From NCBI RefSeq assembly GCF_000213555.1, contig NZ_GL891983.1, forward strand, positions 23,257 through 55,256: a stretch of DNA of 32,000 nucleotides, read 5' to 3'. The notes beneath the pieces were generated by a model that saw only the letters and a list, made by a program, of their open reading frames with translations, did no database searches and was not told where the DNA came from. Every line of letters starts with the position of its first letter. Position 1 is the stretch's first letter. The position numbers and the translations under genes were made by a program. Shown one piece after another: positions 17,672 through 25,402 of the stretch. Origin of the DNA: Dysgonomonas gadei ATCC BAA-286 (GTDB taxonomy: Bacteria; Bacteroidota; Bacteroidia; Bacteroidales; Dysgonomonadaceae).

Positions 17672-19018
17672 TTATATATTATTTATTTCTTTAATTGTTT
17701 CTATTAAGTTCTCTTTCCGGATAATGTACATTCCTAACCTGACCTGCGAAATTCCGTCTTTCAGCTTATATGTGTACACAGGATGCCCATCCTGCTCGAG
17801 AATCTCGAAATAAGAAAATTCTATATTCTTATTGGCTTCCAGCTCTTTGGTCACTTCTACAATATGGGAAGATATGACAAAGAACGAACTTTTCACCTCG
17901 GTAAATGCATTCACCACAGCCAATGTCCCGTCATAGGCATCTTTCACATTCGTACCCCTGAATAATTCATCGAAAATCACCAACATATTCCGGTGTGTTT
18001 TCAACTGGCGGGCAACATCCTTGATACGCATCACTTCTGCATAAAAATGGCTGTAACCGGAACTCAGGTTGTCGGAAATATTAATTGTAGTACACAATCC
18101 CGACAATATACTCAAAGTCATCCTCTTTGCGGGAACAGGGAATCCCACATGCGCCAGATATGCGGACAATCCCAGCGCTTTCAGGAAAGTGGATTTCCCT
18201 GCCATATTCGGCCCCGATATAAATAACAGGTTCGAAGGCTTTTCAAAGCGCATATCATTCGGAATAGCCGCTTCTACAAAGGGATGGTATAAACCATCTA
18301 TCTCCAGCCGGTTATCATCGGCCGAAAACATTTCAGCATACGACAATCCGTATTTATCCGCCGCTTTTGCAATGGATAGAAAGGCATCATATTCGTATAT
18401 AAGGTCAAGAAAGAAAAGAATATCCTTTTTGTGAGTATAGCGAAACATATAGTCGAGCCGGGATGTCTCATAAGAAGGTATTTTCCGCCCTAATTTAATG
18501 ATGTCGGCATAGTCGTCCGAAGAAAATATTTCCAAGACCTTTTCGTTATTCTTTTCCAACAATTTCGGATAATTATTTTCCTTAAACTTATCAGCTAAAA
18601 CGTGGGAGAAAGCATATATTGTTTTCAGCAAGTCGACAGTAGAACCAACCCCTTTCTTTACAAGATAGTACTCCGTATTTGTACTTACCTTGTCCATTAT
18701 CATCCTCTCCATAGCAGTAAACCAAGTAGGGATGCGTGTCGGATAATCACCATGCCGGATATAATATTCGGTAAAATCAAGCGAATCTTTATCTACACTC
18801 AGGCCTTCCGGCAAATATTTCTGAAAGAAAGCAATGGTGTCTGTCCGTTCGGTTATCTTTTCCAGATCGGTCAGAGGATTGGACAAAAAATTATAGAGTA
18901 TCCTCCTGCCACCATAACACTGAGTGTGATTAAACAGGCTGAATACAGACGTACCGTCTTTGACTGTGTCAAAAATTTCAAGGTCTTTCAGGGTTTGGGA
19001 GTCTACTTCAAATTTCAT
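17672..19018 (-). CDS. MutS-related ATPase (MutS core and ATPase domains only; no mismatch-binding or nuclease domain)
   Basis: The Walker A motif is GPNMAGKSTFLKA, the Walker B motif is LVIFDELFRGTN, and SSHIVE is H-loop-like. The N-terminus QTLKDLEIF resembles MutS domain III. The ORF track starts at a TTG (19027); I prefer the ATG at 19018, giving 448 aa. The stop at 17672-17674 lies 1 nt from the argD start at 17670. Confidence 0.8.
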   Translation of the reverse strand: MKFEVDSQTLKDLEIFDTVKDGTSVFSLFNHTQCYGGRRILYNFLSNPLTDLEKITERTDTIAFFQKYLPEGLSVDKDSLDFTEYYIRHGDYPTRIPTWFTAMERMIMDKVSTNTEYYLVKKGVGSTVDLLKTIYAFSHVLADKFKENNYPKLLEKNNEKVLEIFSSDDYADIIKLGRKIPSYETSRLDYMFRYTHKKDILFFLDLIYEYDAFLSIAKAADKYGLSYAEMFSADDNRLEIDGLYHPFVEAAIPNDMRFEKPSNLLFISGPNMAGKSTFLKALGLSAYLAHVGFPVPAKRMTLSILSGLCTTINISDNLSSGYSHFYAEVMRIKDVARQLKTHRNMLVIFDELFRGTNVKDAYDGTLAVVNAFTEVKSSFFVISSHIVEVTKELEANKNIEFSYFEILEQDGHPVYTYKLKDGISQVRLGMYIIRKENLIETIKEINNI

Positions 19019-19023
19019 ACGAT

Positions 19024-19581
19024 TCAATTTATTGATTTATGCCAATTATATAACAGCAATCGTCTTCTACTTTCCAATTCATTAATGTGAATAGAACTGA
19101 CATCTTCCAATTTATAGATACTGGTATCTAATACAAAACCGTTTCTATCTATCTCTGTAAAAGAAAAGAAAATATCATCCACATCATTAACAAAACCAAC
19201 ATACCAGTCTCCATTTGCTTCAATTCCTAACAATGTTGATTTGTCTTTTTTATATTCATTTAATGTATGAAAAACCCAATTAGAAGAAGAATCTAAGGGT
19301 AAAGTACTACTTTGTTCACCATCTATAAGAACGTTATTATCTATAATATACTGAATCGATTTCAGATAATCATTATCGATAGTTATATAATTTATATCTG
19401 AATACCTCAGGGTAACAACTCCATCAGATTTACCATTTCGAGTAAAATGTTGTATTTGAACGGTATTCGAATTAAAACTTAAAACATATCCGCAAAAACT
19501 AGTCTCTCCTGTATATTTTTTAAAATACAAAAGCTTTTTACTTTTCTTTGATTCTGTAAAAATCTTATCATATAAATCCAT
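19024..19581 (-). CDS. Hypothetical protein with two tandem ~65-aa beta-rich modules
   Basis: 185-aa ORF. An internal repeat is visible by eye: LLYF..(14)..GYVLSF...VQIQHFTRNG.....VTLRYSDINYITID versus LLGI..(6)..VGFVND...FSFTEIDRNG....TSIYKLEDVSSIHIN. The gene starts 11 nt after the argC stop. Its own stop lies 5 nt before the MutS-like ATG. It is visibly AT-rich. Confidence 0.65.
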   Translation of the reverse strand: MDLYDKIFTESKKSKKLLYFKKYTGETSFCGYVLSFNSNTVQIQHFTRNGKSDGVVTLRYSDINYITIDNDYLKSIQYIIDNNVLIDGEQSSTLPLDSSSNWVFHTLNEYKKDKSTLLGIEANGDWYVGFVNDVDDIFFSFTEIDRNGFVLDTSIYKLEDVSSIHINELESRRRLLLYNWHKSIN

Positions 19582-19592
19582 AATTCACATCT

Positions 19593-20561
19593 TTAAAAAG
19601 CACTAGCCTTTAGCTTTAATCCGATTGTCTCTTCTAATCCGAATATCAGGTTCATATTATGTACTGCCTGTCCCGACGCTCCTTTTACCAGATTGTCTAT
19701 ACAGGAAAGGATAAGCAACCTATTTCCGTGCTTTTCCAGATGCAAGATACATTTATTTGTATTTACCACCTGCTTGAGATCTATATTTTTATCGGAGACA
19801 ACGACAAAAGGACTTTCTTTGTAAAAATCCTGATATAATTTCGCTGCATCTTCAATCGTTCCGTCAAATTTCAGATAGGTAGAAACAAATATACCTCTGG
19901 TGAAATTTCCACGAACAGGTATAAAGTTAATATCTTCTGTAAAAGCGGTCTGGAACTGAGTTAAGGACTGGCGAATCTCTGTCAGGTGCTGATGTTCAAA
20001 AGCCTTGTAAACAGAAATATTATTCTCCCGCCAGCTGAAATGGGAGGTTGCCGACGGCTTTACTCCCGCCCCGGTGGAGCCTGTGATAGCATTCACATGG
20101 ATTTCAGTATTCAGCCATCCGGCCTTCGCCAGTGGTAACAGGCCTAACTGTATGGCTGTGGCAAAACACCCGGGATTTGCGATATAAGATGATTTCCGTA
20201 TCTCTTCTTTATTCAGTTCCGGTAAGCCGTAAATGAATTTATTCCCTTCGGCTTTGTGTCTGTAATCGGTAGACAGGTCTATAATTTTCAGATGTCCGGG
20301 GATCTCATTCGTTTCCAGAAACTTCTTTGTATCACCGTGTGCCGTACAAAAGAATAAAACGTCTATTTTATCGTAAGGCAACTGGTCGGTAAAGTCCATA
20401 TCCGTATCGCCTAACAATCCGCTATGTACATCCGTGAGTTTATTACCCGCGTTACTTGTACTGTTTACAAATACCAGTTCAACCTGTGGATGATTGATCA
20501 ATATCCTTATCAGTTCTCCGGCAGTATAGCCGGCTCCCCCTATAATTCCTGCTTTTATCAT
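19593..20561 (-). CDS. argC: N-acetyl(succinyl)-gamma-glutamyl-phosphate reductase
   Basis: 322-aa ORF with the N-terminal Rossmann motif (IIGGAGYTAGELIR.L..HP) and the catalytic-Cys motif (ANPGCFAT). Confidence 0.93.
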   Translation of the reverse strand: MIKAGIIGGAGYTAGELIRILINHPQVELVFVNSTSNAGNKLTDVHSGLLGDTDMDFTDQLPYDKIDVLFFCTAHGDTKKFLETNEIPGHLKIIDLSTDYRHKAEGNKFIYGLPELNKEEIRKSSYIANPGCFATAIQLGLLPLAKAGWLNTEIHVNAITGSTGAGVKPSATSHFSWRENNISVYKAFEHQHLTEIRQSLTQFQTAFTEDINFIPVRGNFTRGIFVSTYLKFDGTIEDAAKLYQDFYKESPFVVVSDKNIDLKQVVNTNKCILHLEKHGNRLLILSCIDNLVKGASGQAVHNMNLIFGLEETIGLKLKASAF

Positions 20562-20582
20562 AGTTTTATTTTTATTGAAACT

Positions 20583-21041
20583 CTTTACTAACCACAGAGT
20601 AAAAGGAGTAACACGGAGTTTTTACAGTATATATCTTTTTATTCCGTCTTTTAGAGACTTTACATTAAAATTCATTAGAAAGCCAATTTCACAATCGGAA
20701 AGTTTCATATAAGTCAGTAATTGTGCTGTATGAAAATCAGTTAATTCTTTTACAGACTTCAATTCCAGGATTATTTCATCTTCAACTAGAAGGTCTAATT
20801 TATAGCCGGCATCCAATGTTATTCCCTTATATTCTACCGGAAGTTCAACTTGTTTTTCAACATATAATCCAGATTCGCTTAATTCATAAAAAAGGCATTC
20901 TTCATATACTTTTTCAAATAGTCCAGGTCCTAATTCTGAATGTACAGTATATGCACAACCTAATATCTTACCTGTTAAGCTTTCTTTTTTAATCATTTAA
21001 TAAAAACTCCGCGTTACTCCTTTTACTCCGTGGTAATAAAG
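20583..21041. mobile_element. Single-gene cassette bounded by ~40-bp imperfect inverted repeats (GxxExxY cassette)
   Basis: The left repeat (20583-20623) is ctttactaaccacagagtaaaaggagtaacacggagttttt. The reverse complement of the right repeat (21002-21041) is ctttattaccacggagtaaaaggagtaacgcggagttttt. They differ by 3 substitutions and 1 indel over 41 nt. The repeats enclose only the 124-aa ORF and fill almost the whole argG-argC spacer. Confidence 0.6.
20622..20996 (-). CDS. GxxExxY protein (PD-(D/E)XK nuclease-superfamily-like small protein)
   Basis: 124-aa ORF with the family-defining motif GLFEKVY (G-x-x-E-x-x-Y) near the N-terminus. A D...E.K-type core (DLLVEDEIILELKS) follows. The size is typical of the family. 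Confidence 0.85.
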   Translation of the reverse strand: MIKKESLTGKILGCAYTVHSELGPGLFEKVYEECLFYELSESGLYVEKQVELPVEYKGITLDAGYKLDLLVEDEIILELKSVKELTDFHTAQLLTYMKLSDCEIGFLMNFNVKSLKDGIKRYIL

Positions 21042-21046
21042 ATATT

Positions 21047-22246
21047 TTACTTTTTGTTTTTCTCTTGTACGCTATGATATATCTTATTTGTCATAGCATA
21101 AATTTTCGTAAAGCCTTTTGCATCATCCGATGTCCATGCCTTATTCACTTCACCGTACTCTCCGAAATCGGCTTTCATCAGGTCGAAATCACTTTCCACA
21201 CCAATCAGCACATAATGATATGGCATAAGTTTAATGCTCACACGCCCTGTTACATTTTGCTGCGAACTCGATAGGAAAGCCTCTATATCACGCATAACCG
21301 GTTCCAGATATTGCGCTTCGTGAAGAAACATCCCGTACCAGTTACCTACCTGCTCTTTCCAATACTGTTGCCATTTGGTCAGCGTATGCTTTTCCAGCAT
21401 TTTGTGCGCATTGATAATTACCAGCGGAGCCGCGGCTTCAAAGCCCACACGCCCCTTTATGCCGATAATAGTATCACCTATATGCATATCGCGGCCGATA
21501 GCATAAGCCGATGTAATCTCTTCTATCTTCTGGATAGCTTTTACCTTATCAGCATATTTTTCACCGTTTACTGCTGCTATTTCGCCTTCTTCGAAATCAA
21601 TCGTAAGAACTTCCTGTCCTTGTTTCTTCAATTGGGACGGATAGGCTTCTTCCGGCAAAGTCTGTTCTGACTTCAGCGTTTCTTTGCCACCTATGCTTGT
21701 ACCCCAAAGCCCTTTATTAATGGAATACACCATCTTCGTAAAATCAGCTTCATATCCGTGTTCTTTCAGATAATCGATTTCATACTCACGGGTAAGGATC
21801 ATATCGCGGGTAGGTGTAATAATCTCAATACCGGGAGCAAGCACATCAAATGTCAGGTCGAAGCGAACCTGATCGTTTCCTGCTCCTGTGCTGCCATGAG
21901 CAACAGCGTCAGCACCTATTTCCTTTGCATAGTTGATAATGGCTATCGCCTGAAATATACGCTCCGAACTCACCGAAATCGGGTATGTACCATTACGCAA
22001 TACATTTCCGAAAATCATATATTTGATGCTCTTTTCGTAATATTCCTGTGTTATATCGAGGCTTACATGCTTTACAGCACCTAATTTATACGCTTTTTCC
22101 TCTATAACTTTCAATTCTTCGGGGGTAAAACCTCCTGTGTTGGCTATGGCTGTATATACATCATATCCCATATCAGCGGACAGATATTTTGCACAGAACG
22201 ATGTATCTAATCCTCCACTGAATGCTAAAACGACTTTCTTTTTCAT
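21047..22246 (-). CDS. argG: Argininosuccinate synthase
   Basis: 399-aa ORF with the N-terminal ATP-binding motif AFSGGLDTS and conserved segments (HG.TG.GNDQVRF, GRDMHIGDTIIGIKGR). Confidence 0.95.
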   Translation of the reverse strand: MKKKVVLAFSGGLDTSFCAKYLSADMGYDVYTAIANTGGFTPEELKVIEEKAYKLGAVKHVSLDITQEYYEKSIKYMIFGNVLRNGTYPISVSSERIFQAIAIINYAKEIGADAVAHGSTGAGNDQVRFDLTFDVLAPGIEIITPTRDMILTREYEIDYLKEHGYEADFTKMVYSINKGLWGTSIGGKETLKSEQTLPEEAYPSQLKKQGQEVLTIDFEEGEIAAVNGEKYADKVKAIQKIEEITSAYAIGRDMHIGDTIIGIKGRVGFEAAAPLVIINAHKMLEKHTLTKWQQYWKEQVGNWYGMFLHEAQYLEPVMRDIEAFLSSSQQNVTGRVSIKLMPYHYVLIGVESDFDLMKADFGEYGEVNKAWTSDDAKGFTKIYAMTNKIYHSVQEKNKK

Positions 22247-22256
22247 ATATGTTATG

Positions 22257-22907
22257 TTATTTCAATTGCTTTTTGAGGTCTTTTATTATCTCTTTTATCT
22301 CCTTCTTGTCTTTCTGCTTTTCGGGATCGAAGAGCATCGCAGTACAGATACAGTATTTCCTGTCGGTACGGGTAAGGATATCATAATTGACACATCCCTG
22401 ACAACCTCGCCAGAAAGACTCATCATCTGTCAGTTGCGCAAAAGTCACGGGCACATACCCCAGTTCTGTATTTATTTTCATTACCGCTGCGCCTGATGTC
22501 AGGCCAAATACTTTCGCTGTCGGAAACATAGCCCTCGCCAAGGAAAAGGCATGCTGTTTGATTTTTTTTGCCAGCCCGTGCTGTCTGAATTTTTCGACCA
22601 CAATTAGCCCAGAATTGGCAACAAACTGCTTATTTCCCCATGATTCTATATAGCAAAATCCGGCAAACTCATCACCCATCAGGGCAATGATAGCTTTACC
22701 TTCCTTTATTTTAAGTTCCACATATTCCGGTGTACGTTTTGCAATTCCCGTGCCCCGCACCTTAGCCGCAGCCTCAATTGTATCCAATATCGTTTGCACG
22801 TATCCGATATGGCTTTCGTTGGCTATCTGTATAGTAAGTTGTTGTTGCTCCATTGGCTTTTCTACCACAAGTTCTTCTATGTTGTTCATTGTTGTCTTAT
22901 CATTCAA
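22257..22907 (-). CDS. GNAT-family acyltransferase of the arg operon (candidate N-acyl-glutamate synthase)
   Basis: 216-aa ORF with the GNAT acyl-CoA binding region (VVEKFRQHGLAKKI) and a Cys-rich C-terminus. It overlaps the argR stop by 8 nt. Its position between argR and argG is typical of Bacteroidota arg operons. Confidence 0.75.
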   Translation of the reverse strand: MNDKTTMNNIEELVVEKPMEQQQLTIQIANESHIGYVQTILDTIEAAAKVRGTGIAKRTPEYVELKIKEGKAIIALMGDEFAGFCYIESWGNKQFVANSGLIVVEKFRQHGLAKKIKQHAFSLARAMFPTAKVFGLTSGAAVMKINTELGYVPVTFAQLTDDESFWRGCQGCVNYDILTRTDRKYCICTAMLFDPEKQKDKKEIKEIIKDLKKQLK

Positions 22908-23355
22908 TATTCGGTATAAATTCAGAAAGTGAAGCTATTACCTCCTCCCTGCTTATATTCTCTCTCGGTATCAGAAGTATAGTATCGTCACCTGCTACTG
23001 TACCTAATATATAACGTGTAGCCCTGCGGTCTATTTCTCCCGCTATAGCCATAGCATAACCCGGACGGGTCTTTATCACAGCCAGTTGTCCCGAAAATTC
23101 AATATTAACAAATCCGAAAGAAGACAACGGCATTTCCTCTTCCAGATTCTGCATCGACTCCGAAAACTGATATACATAATTACCTTTTGCCGTGGGTACC
23201 TTCACTATTTTCAGTTCTTTTATATCGCGGGACAAAGTAGCCTGAGTAAGCTCAAACCCTTTATCCACCAACAGTTTAAGAAGCATATCCTGACTATTTA
23301 TATCGTTCGTCTGCAACACTTCTCTTATTATTTTATGTCTGTACTTTTTAGTCAT
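22900..23355 (-). CDS. argR: Arginine repressor
   Basis: The winged-helix N-terminus (R...I.E.L......SQ..L...L...G...TQATLSRDI.EL) and the C-terminal GT.AGDDTIL.I motif are both present. The ORF track starts at 23394. I prefer the Met at 23355 (MTKKYRH, 151 aa) because a -7 promoter box lies inside the longer extension. Confidence 0.85.
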   Translation of the reverse strand: MTKKYRHKIIREVLQTNDINSQDMLLKLLVDKGFELTQATLSRDIKELKIVKVPTAKGNYVYQFSESMQNLEEEMPLSSFGFVNIEFSGQLAVIKTRPGYAMAIAGEIDRRATRYILGTVAGDDTILLIPRENISREEVIASLSEFIPNIE

Positions 23356-23381
23356 CACGTATAAATATGCAATTAATAGCG

Positions 23382-23389
23382 CAAATTTA
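23382..23389 (-). promoter_or_regulatory. Candidate -7 promoter box of the arg operon
   Basis: The minus strand reads TAAATTTG, which matches TAnnTTTG. It lies 26 nt upstream of the preferred argR ATG. No clear -33 TTTG was seen. Confidence 0.35.
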
Positions 23390-23630
23390 CACATATTTAT
23401 GCATATTCTAAAATATTTAATGTATAAAAAATATTATTATATAAATAACAGATCTGCAAAATGTTAAACATTCCTTTTTTTAATTTATTTTTCTATATTT
23501 GCAGGATATAGGATGCGCCCGGCATAGGCCAAAGTAAGTTTTGACTCAGCTCTCGGCTTTTTCTATATTTATGTATTGGCACTTCAAGACACATCATGTC
23601 TGGAAATAAACCTATATATTTTGAATTTGA

Positions 23631-23888
23631 ATGGAGGAACCAGAGAAAAAGCAACCGATAATATCTGTCTTGCGGTCAGATACTCCGGAGAAAAAAGCGA
23701 CAAAAGTCACAGTTGATGACTCTTTTGCGCGCATTGTAGTATATGAAAAGGAGGATTTGACTAACGATGAGATTTTTCTTCTTCTGAATATTCGGAAATG
23801 TATAAAAATAGATATAGACAAACACTATGAGCGTACAAATGAGGGGGTTGAAACGCATTCTTACACGATATATAACATTCTGATTTAA
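23631..23888 (+). CDS. Hypothetical small protein (85 aa), coding status uncertain
   Basis: ATG-initiated ORF in an otherwise unassigned 505-bp gap. The composition is charged and not low-complexity. I recognise no family. It converges on birA. Confidence 0.3.
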   Translation: MEEPEKKQPIISVLRSDTPEKKATKVTVDDSFARIVVYEKEDLTNDEIFLLLNIRKCIKIDIDKHYERTNEGVETHSYTIYNILI

Positions 23889-23900
23889 AACAGATCACGT

Positions 23901-24635
23901 TCACAGAACATATCTTACTTCTTTAAACGCAAAGCGCCTCTCATCCCCGCTTTCCGTTTCTAAAATAAGCGTTCCATCAGGAGCTACATTCTTTATCCTG
24001 GCTATAAAATCATTTGTGTTGTCATTAAATAAATGATAACCTGTTTTTCTGAACAGAGAATCTCTATAATTCTCTGCGATAATCTGTATCTCTCCCCTCC
24101 TCAACTGCTCGTAATAAGAAAAAAGGAGCTCTCTTACTTCTCCGAGCATAATACTTTGTTTATAATATTCTCCTGTTATTTGTTTTAGTGATACAGGATT
24201 AGGCAGACTGCTATCGAAGCTCTCCTGATTAAGATTGATACCTATCCCGCATACAGACTCTTTTATTTGATCACCTTCTATGGCGTTCTCAATCAGAATT
24301 CCGCATATTTTCCTCTCTCGCCAGTAAATATCATTTGGCCATTTTATTGTAATACCATCTGTATATTTCCGGAGAAAATCGGCTACAGCCAACGATACAA
24401 CCTGCGATATAAGGAACTGCTCATTCGCTTTTACCGCATCGGGATACAATACGATACTGAACAACAGGTTCTTTCCGTTCTCTGACATCCAGCCGTTGCC
24501 ACGCTGCCCTCTGCCTCCTGTCTGAAAATCGGCCGAGACAATGGTTCCTTCCTTTACTTTCTGTTTCAGCAACAGGCTTTTCATATAATTGTTTGTAGAA
24601 TCAATTTCGTCAACAAGGTGAATAATCAGAGGCAT
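23901..24635 (-). CDS. birA: Biotin-[acetyl-CoA-carboxylase] ligase (class I, no HTH domain)
   Basis: 244-aa ORF with the BPL motifs STN, Q..GRGQRGN.W.S, IKWPNDI and KI.GIL.E. Confidence 0.88.
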   Translation of the reverse strand: MPLIIHLVDEIDSTNNYMKSLLLKQKVKEGTIVSADFQTGGRGQRGNGWMSENGKNLLFSIVLYPDAVKANEQFLISQVVSLAVADFLRKYTDGITIKWPNDIYWRERKICGILIENAIEGDQIKESVCGIGINLNQESFDSSLPNPVSLKQITGEYYKQSIMLGEVRELLFSYYEQLRRGEIQIIAENYRDSLFRKTGYHLFNDNTNDFIARIKNVAPDGTLILETESGDERRFAFKEVRYVL

Positions 24636-24650
24636 AGTATGTTCGATTAT

Positions 24651-25022
24651 TTAGATATTAGACAAATTATTATATTCGGCTTGCTTTACTTTTGGCAATT
24701 TTCTGATCACCTCATCCACCGAGTGCTGGATAAGTTCTTTGATCAAAGCATCAGATACATCACTCTCAATAACAATAGTATTCCAATACTTTTTATTTGA
24801 ATGATAGCCCGGCCGGATACCGTTGTAATGCTCCCTCAGTTCAATCGCTTTCTCCGGATCACATTTCACATTCAGCCAGAATTCGCCGTCTCTTGATTCC
24901 AGGCCCATATAGGCAAACATTTTGTCCATTACTTTATAGACCAGCGTATCGTCTCCGAAGGGGAAGCTTTCCGTTGCTCCTTTTATCGATATACATGCTT
25001 CACGAACTTCTTCTATATTCAT
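24651..25022 (-). CDS. MmcQ/YjbR family DNA-binding protein
   Basis: 123-aa ORF with the pattern typical of YjbR: PFG.D.LVYKV..KMFA........W.N.KCDPE.A.ELRE.Y..I.PGYH.NKK.WNT. Confidence 0.8.
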   Translation of the reverse strand: MNIEEVREACISIKGATESFPFGDDTLVYKVMDKMFAYMGLESRDGEFWLNVKCDPEKAIELREHYNGIRPGYHSNKKYWNTIVIESDVSDALIKELIQHSVDEVIRKLPKVKQAEYNNLSNI

Positions 25023-25027
25023 TTTCT

Positions 25028-25393
25028 CTAATTTACAGGTGCCAGAAATGCATCGTCTATATGTTCTATCTCAAACTTCTCTCCGTTCCAGATAGCCGCA
25101 ACCACATCGAAACGGGCAGGCAAATCTATATCGTACTCCCTAAGGTAAAAATCGGCAGCTTCAACAATCCGTTTTATCTTTCCCTTCGATACTGCCTCCT
25201 CCGGATTCCCCCATTGGTTCGAACTACGGGTCTTAACTTCTACAAAAACAACATACTCCTCATTCCGGGCAATTATATCTATTTCATATTTTTCGTATAA
25301 CCAGTTACGCTCTATTATTTCATAACTCCTCTGCCTGAGATAATGCTCCGCTGCATCCTCACCCTTTTTCCCCAGATCGTTATGCTCAGCCAT
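25028..25393 (-). CDS. YraN family protein (UPF0102, endonuclease-like fold)
   Basis: 121-aa ORF with the YraN pattern G..GE..A..YL...GY.I..RNW....EIDIIA......VFVEVKTR. Confidence 0.85.
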   Translation of the reverse strand: MAEHNDLGKKGEDAAEHYLRQRSYEIIERNWLYEKYEIDIIARNEEYVVFVEVKTRSSNQWGNPEEAVSKGKIKRIVEAADFYLREYDIDLPARFDVVAAIWNGEKFEIEHIDDAFLAPVN

Positions 25394-25402
25394 AAAACAA
25401 AA

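Noticed and set aside
23356-23420. Possible ARG boxes (ArgR operators) upstream of argR. Two related words, TATGCATAAATAT and ATTGCATATTTAT on the minus strand, start 32 nt apart and flank the -7 box.
   Set aside because: Neither word is a convincing 18-bp palindrome of the TGAAT-N8-ATTCA type. The region is so AT-rich that such similarity is expected by chance. A phylum-specific position weight matrix or footprinting would be needed.
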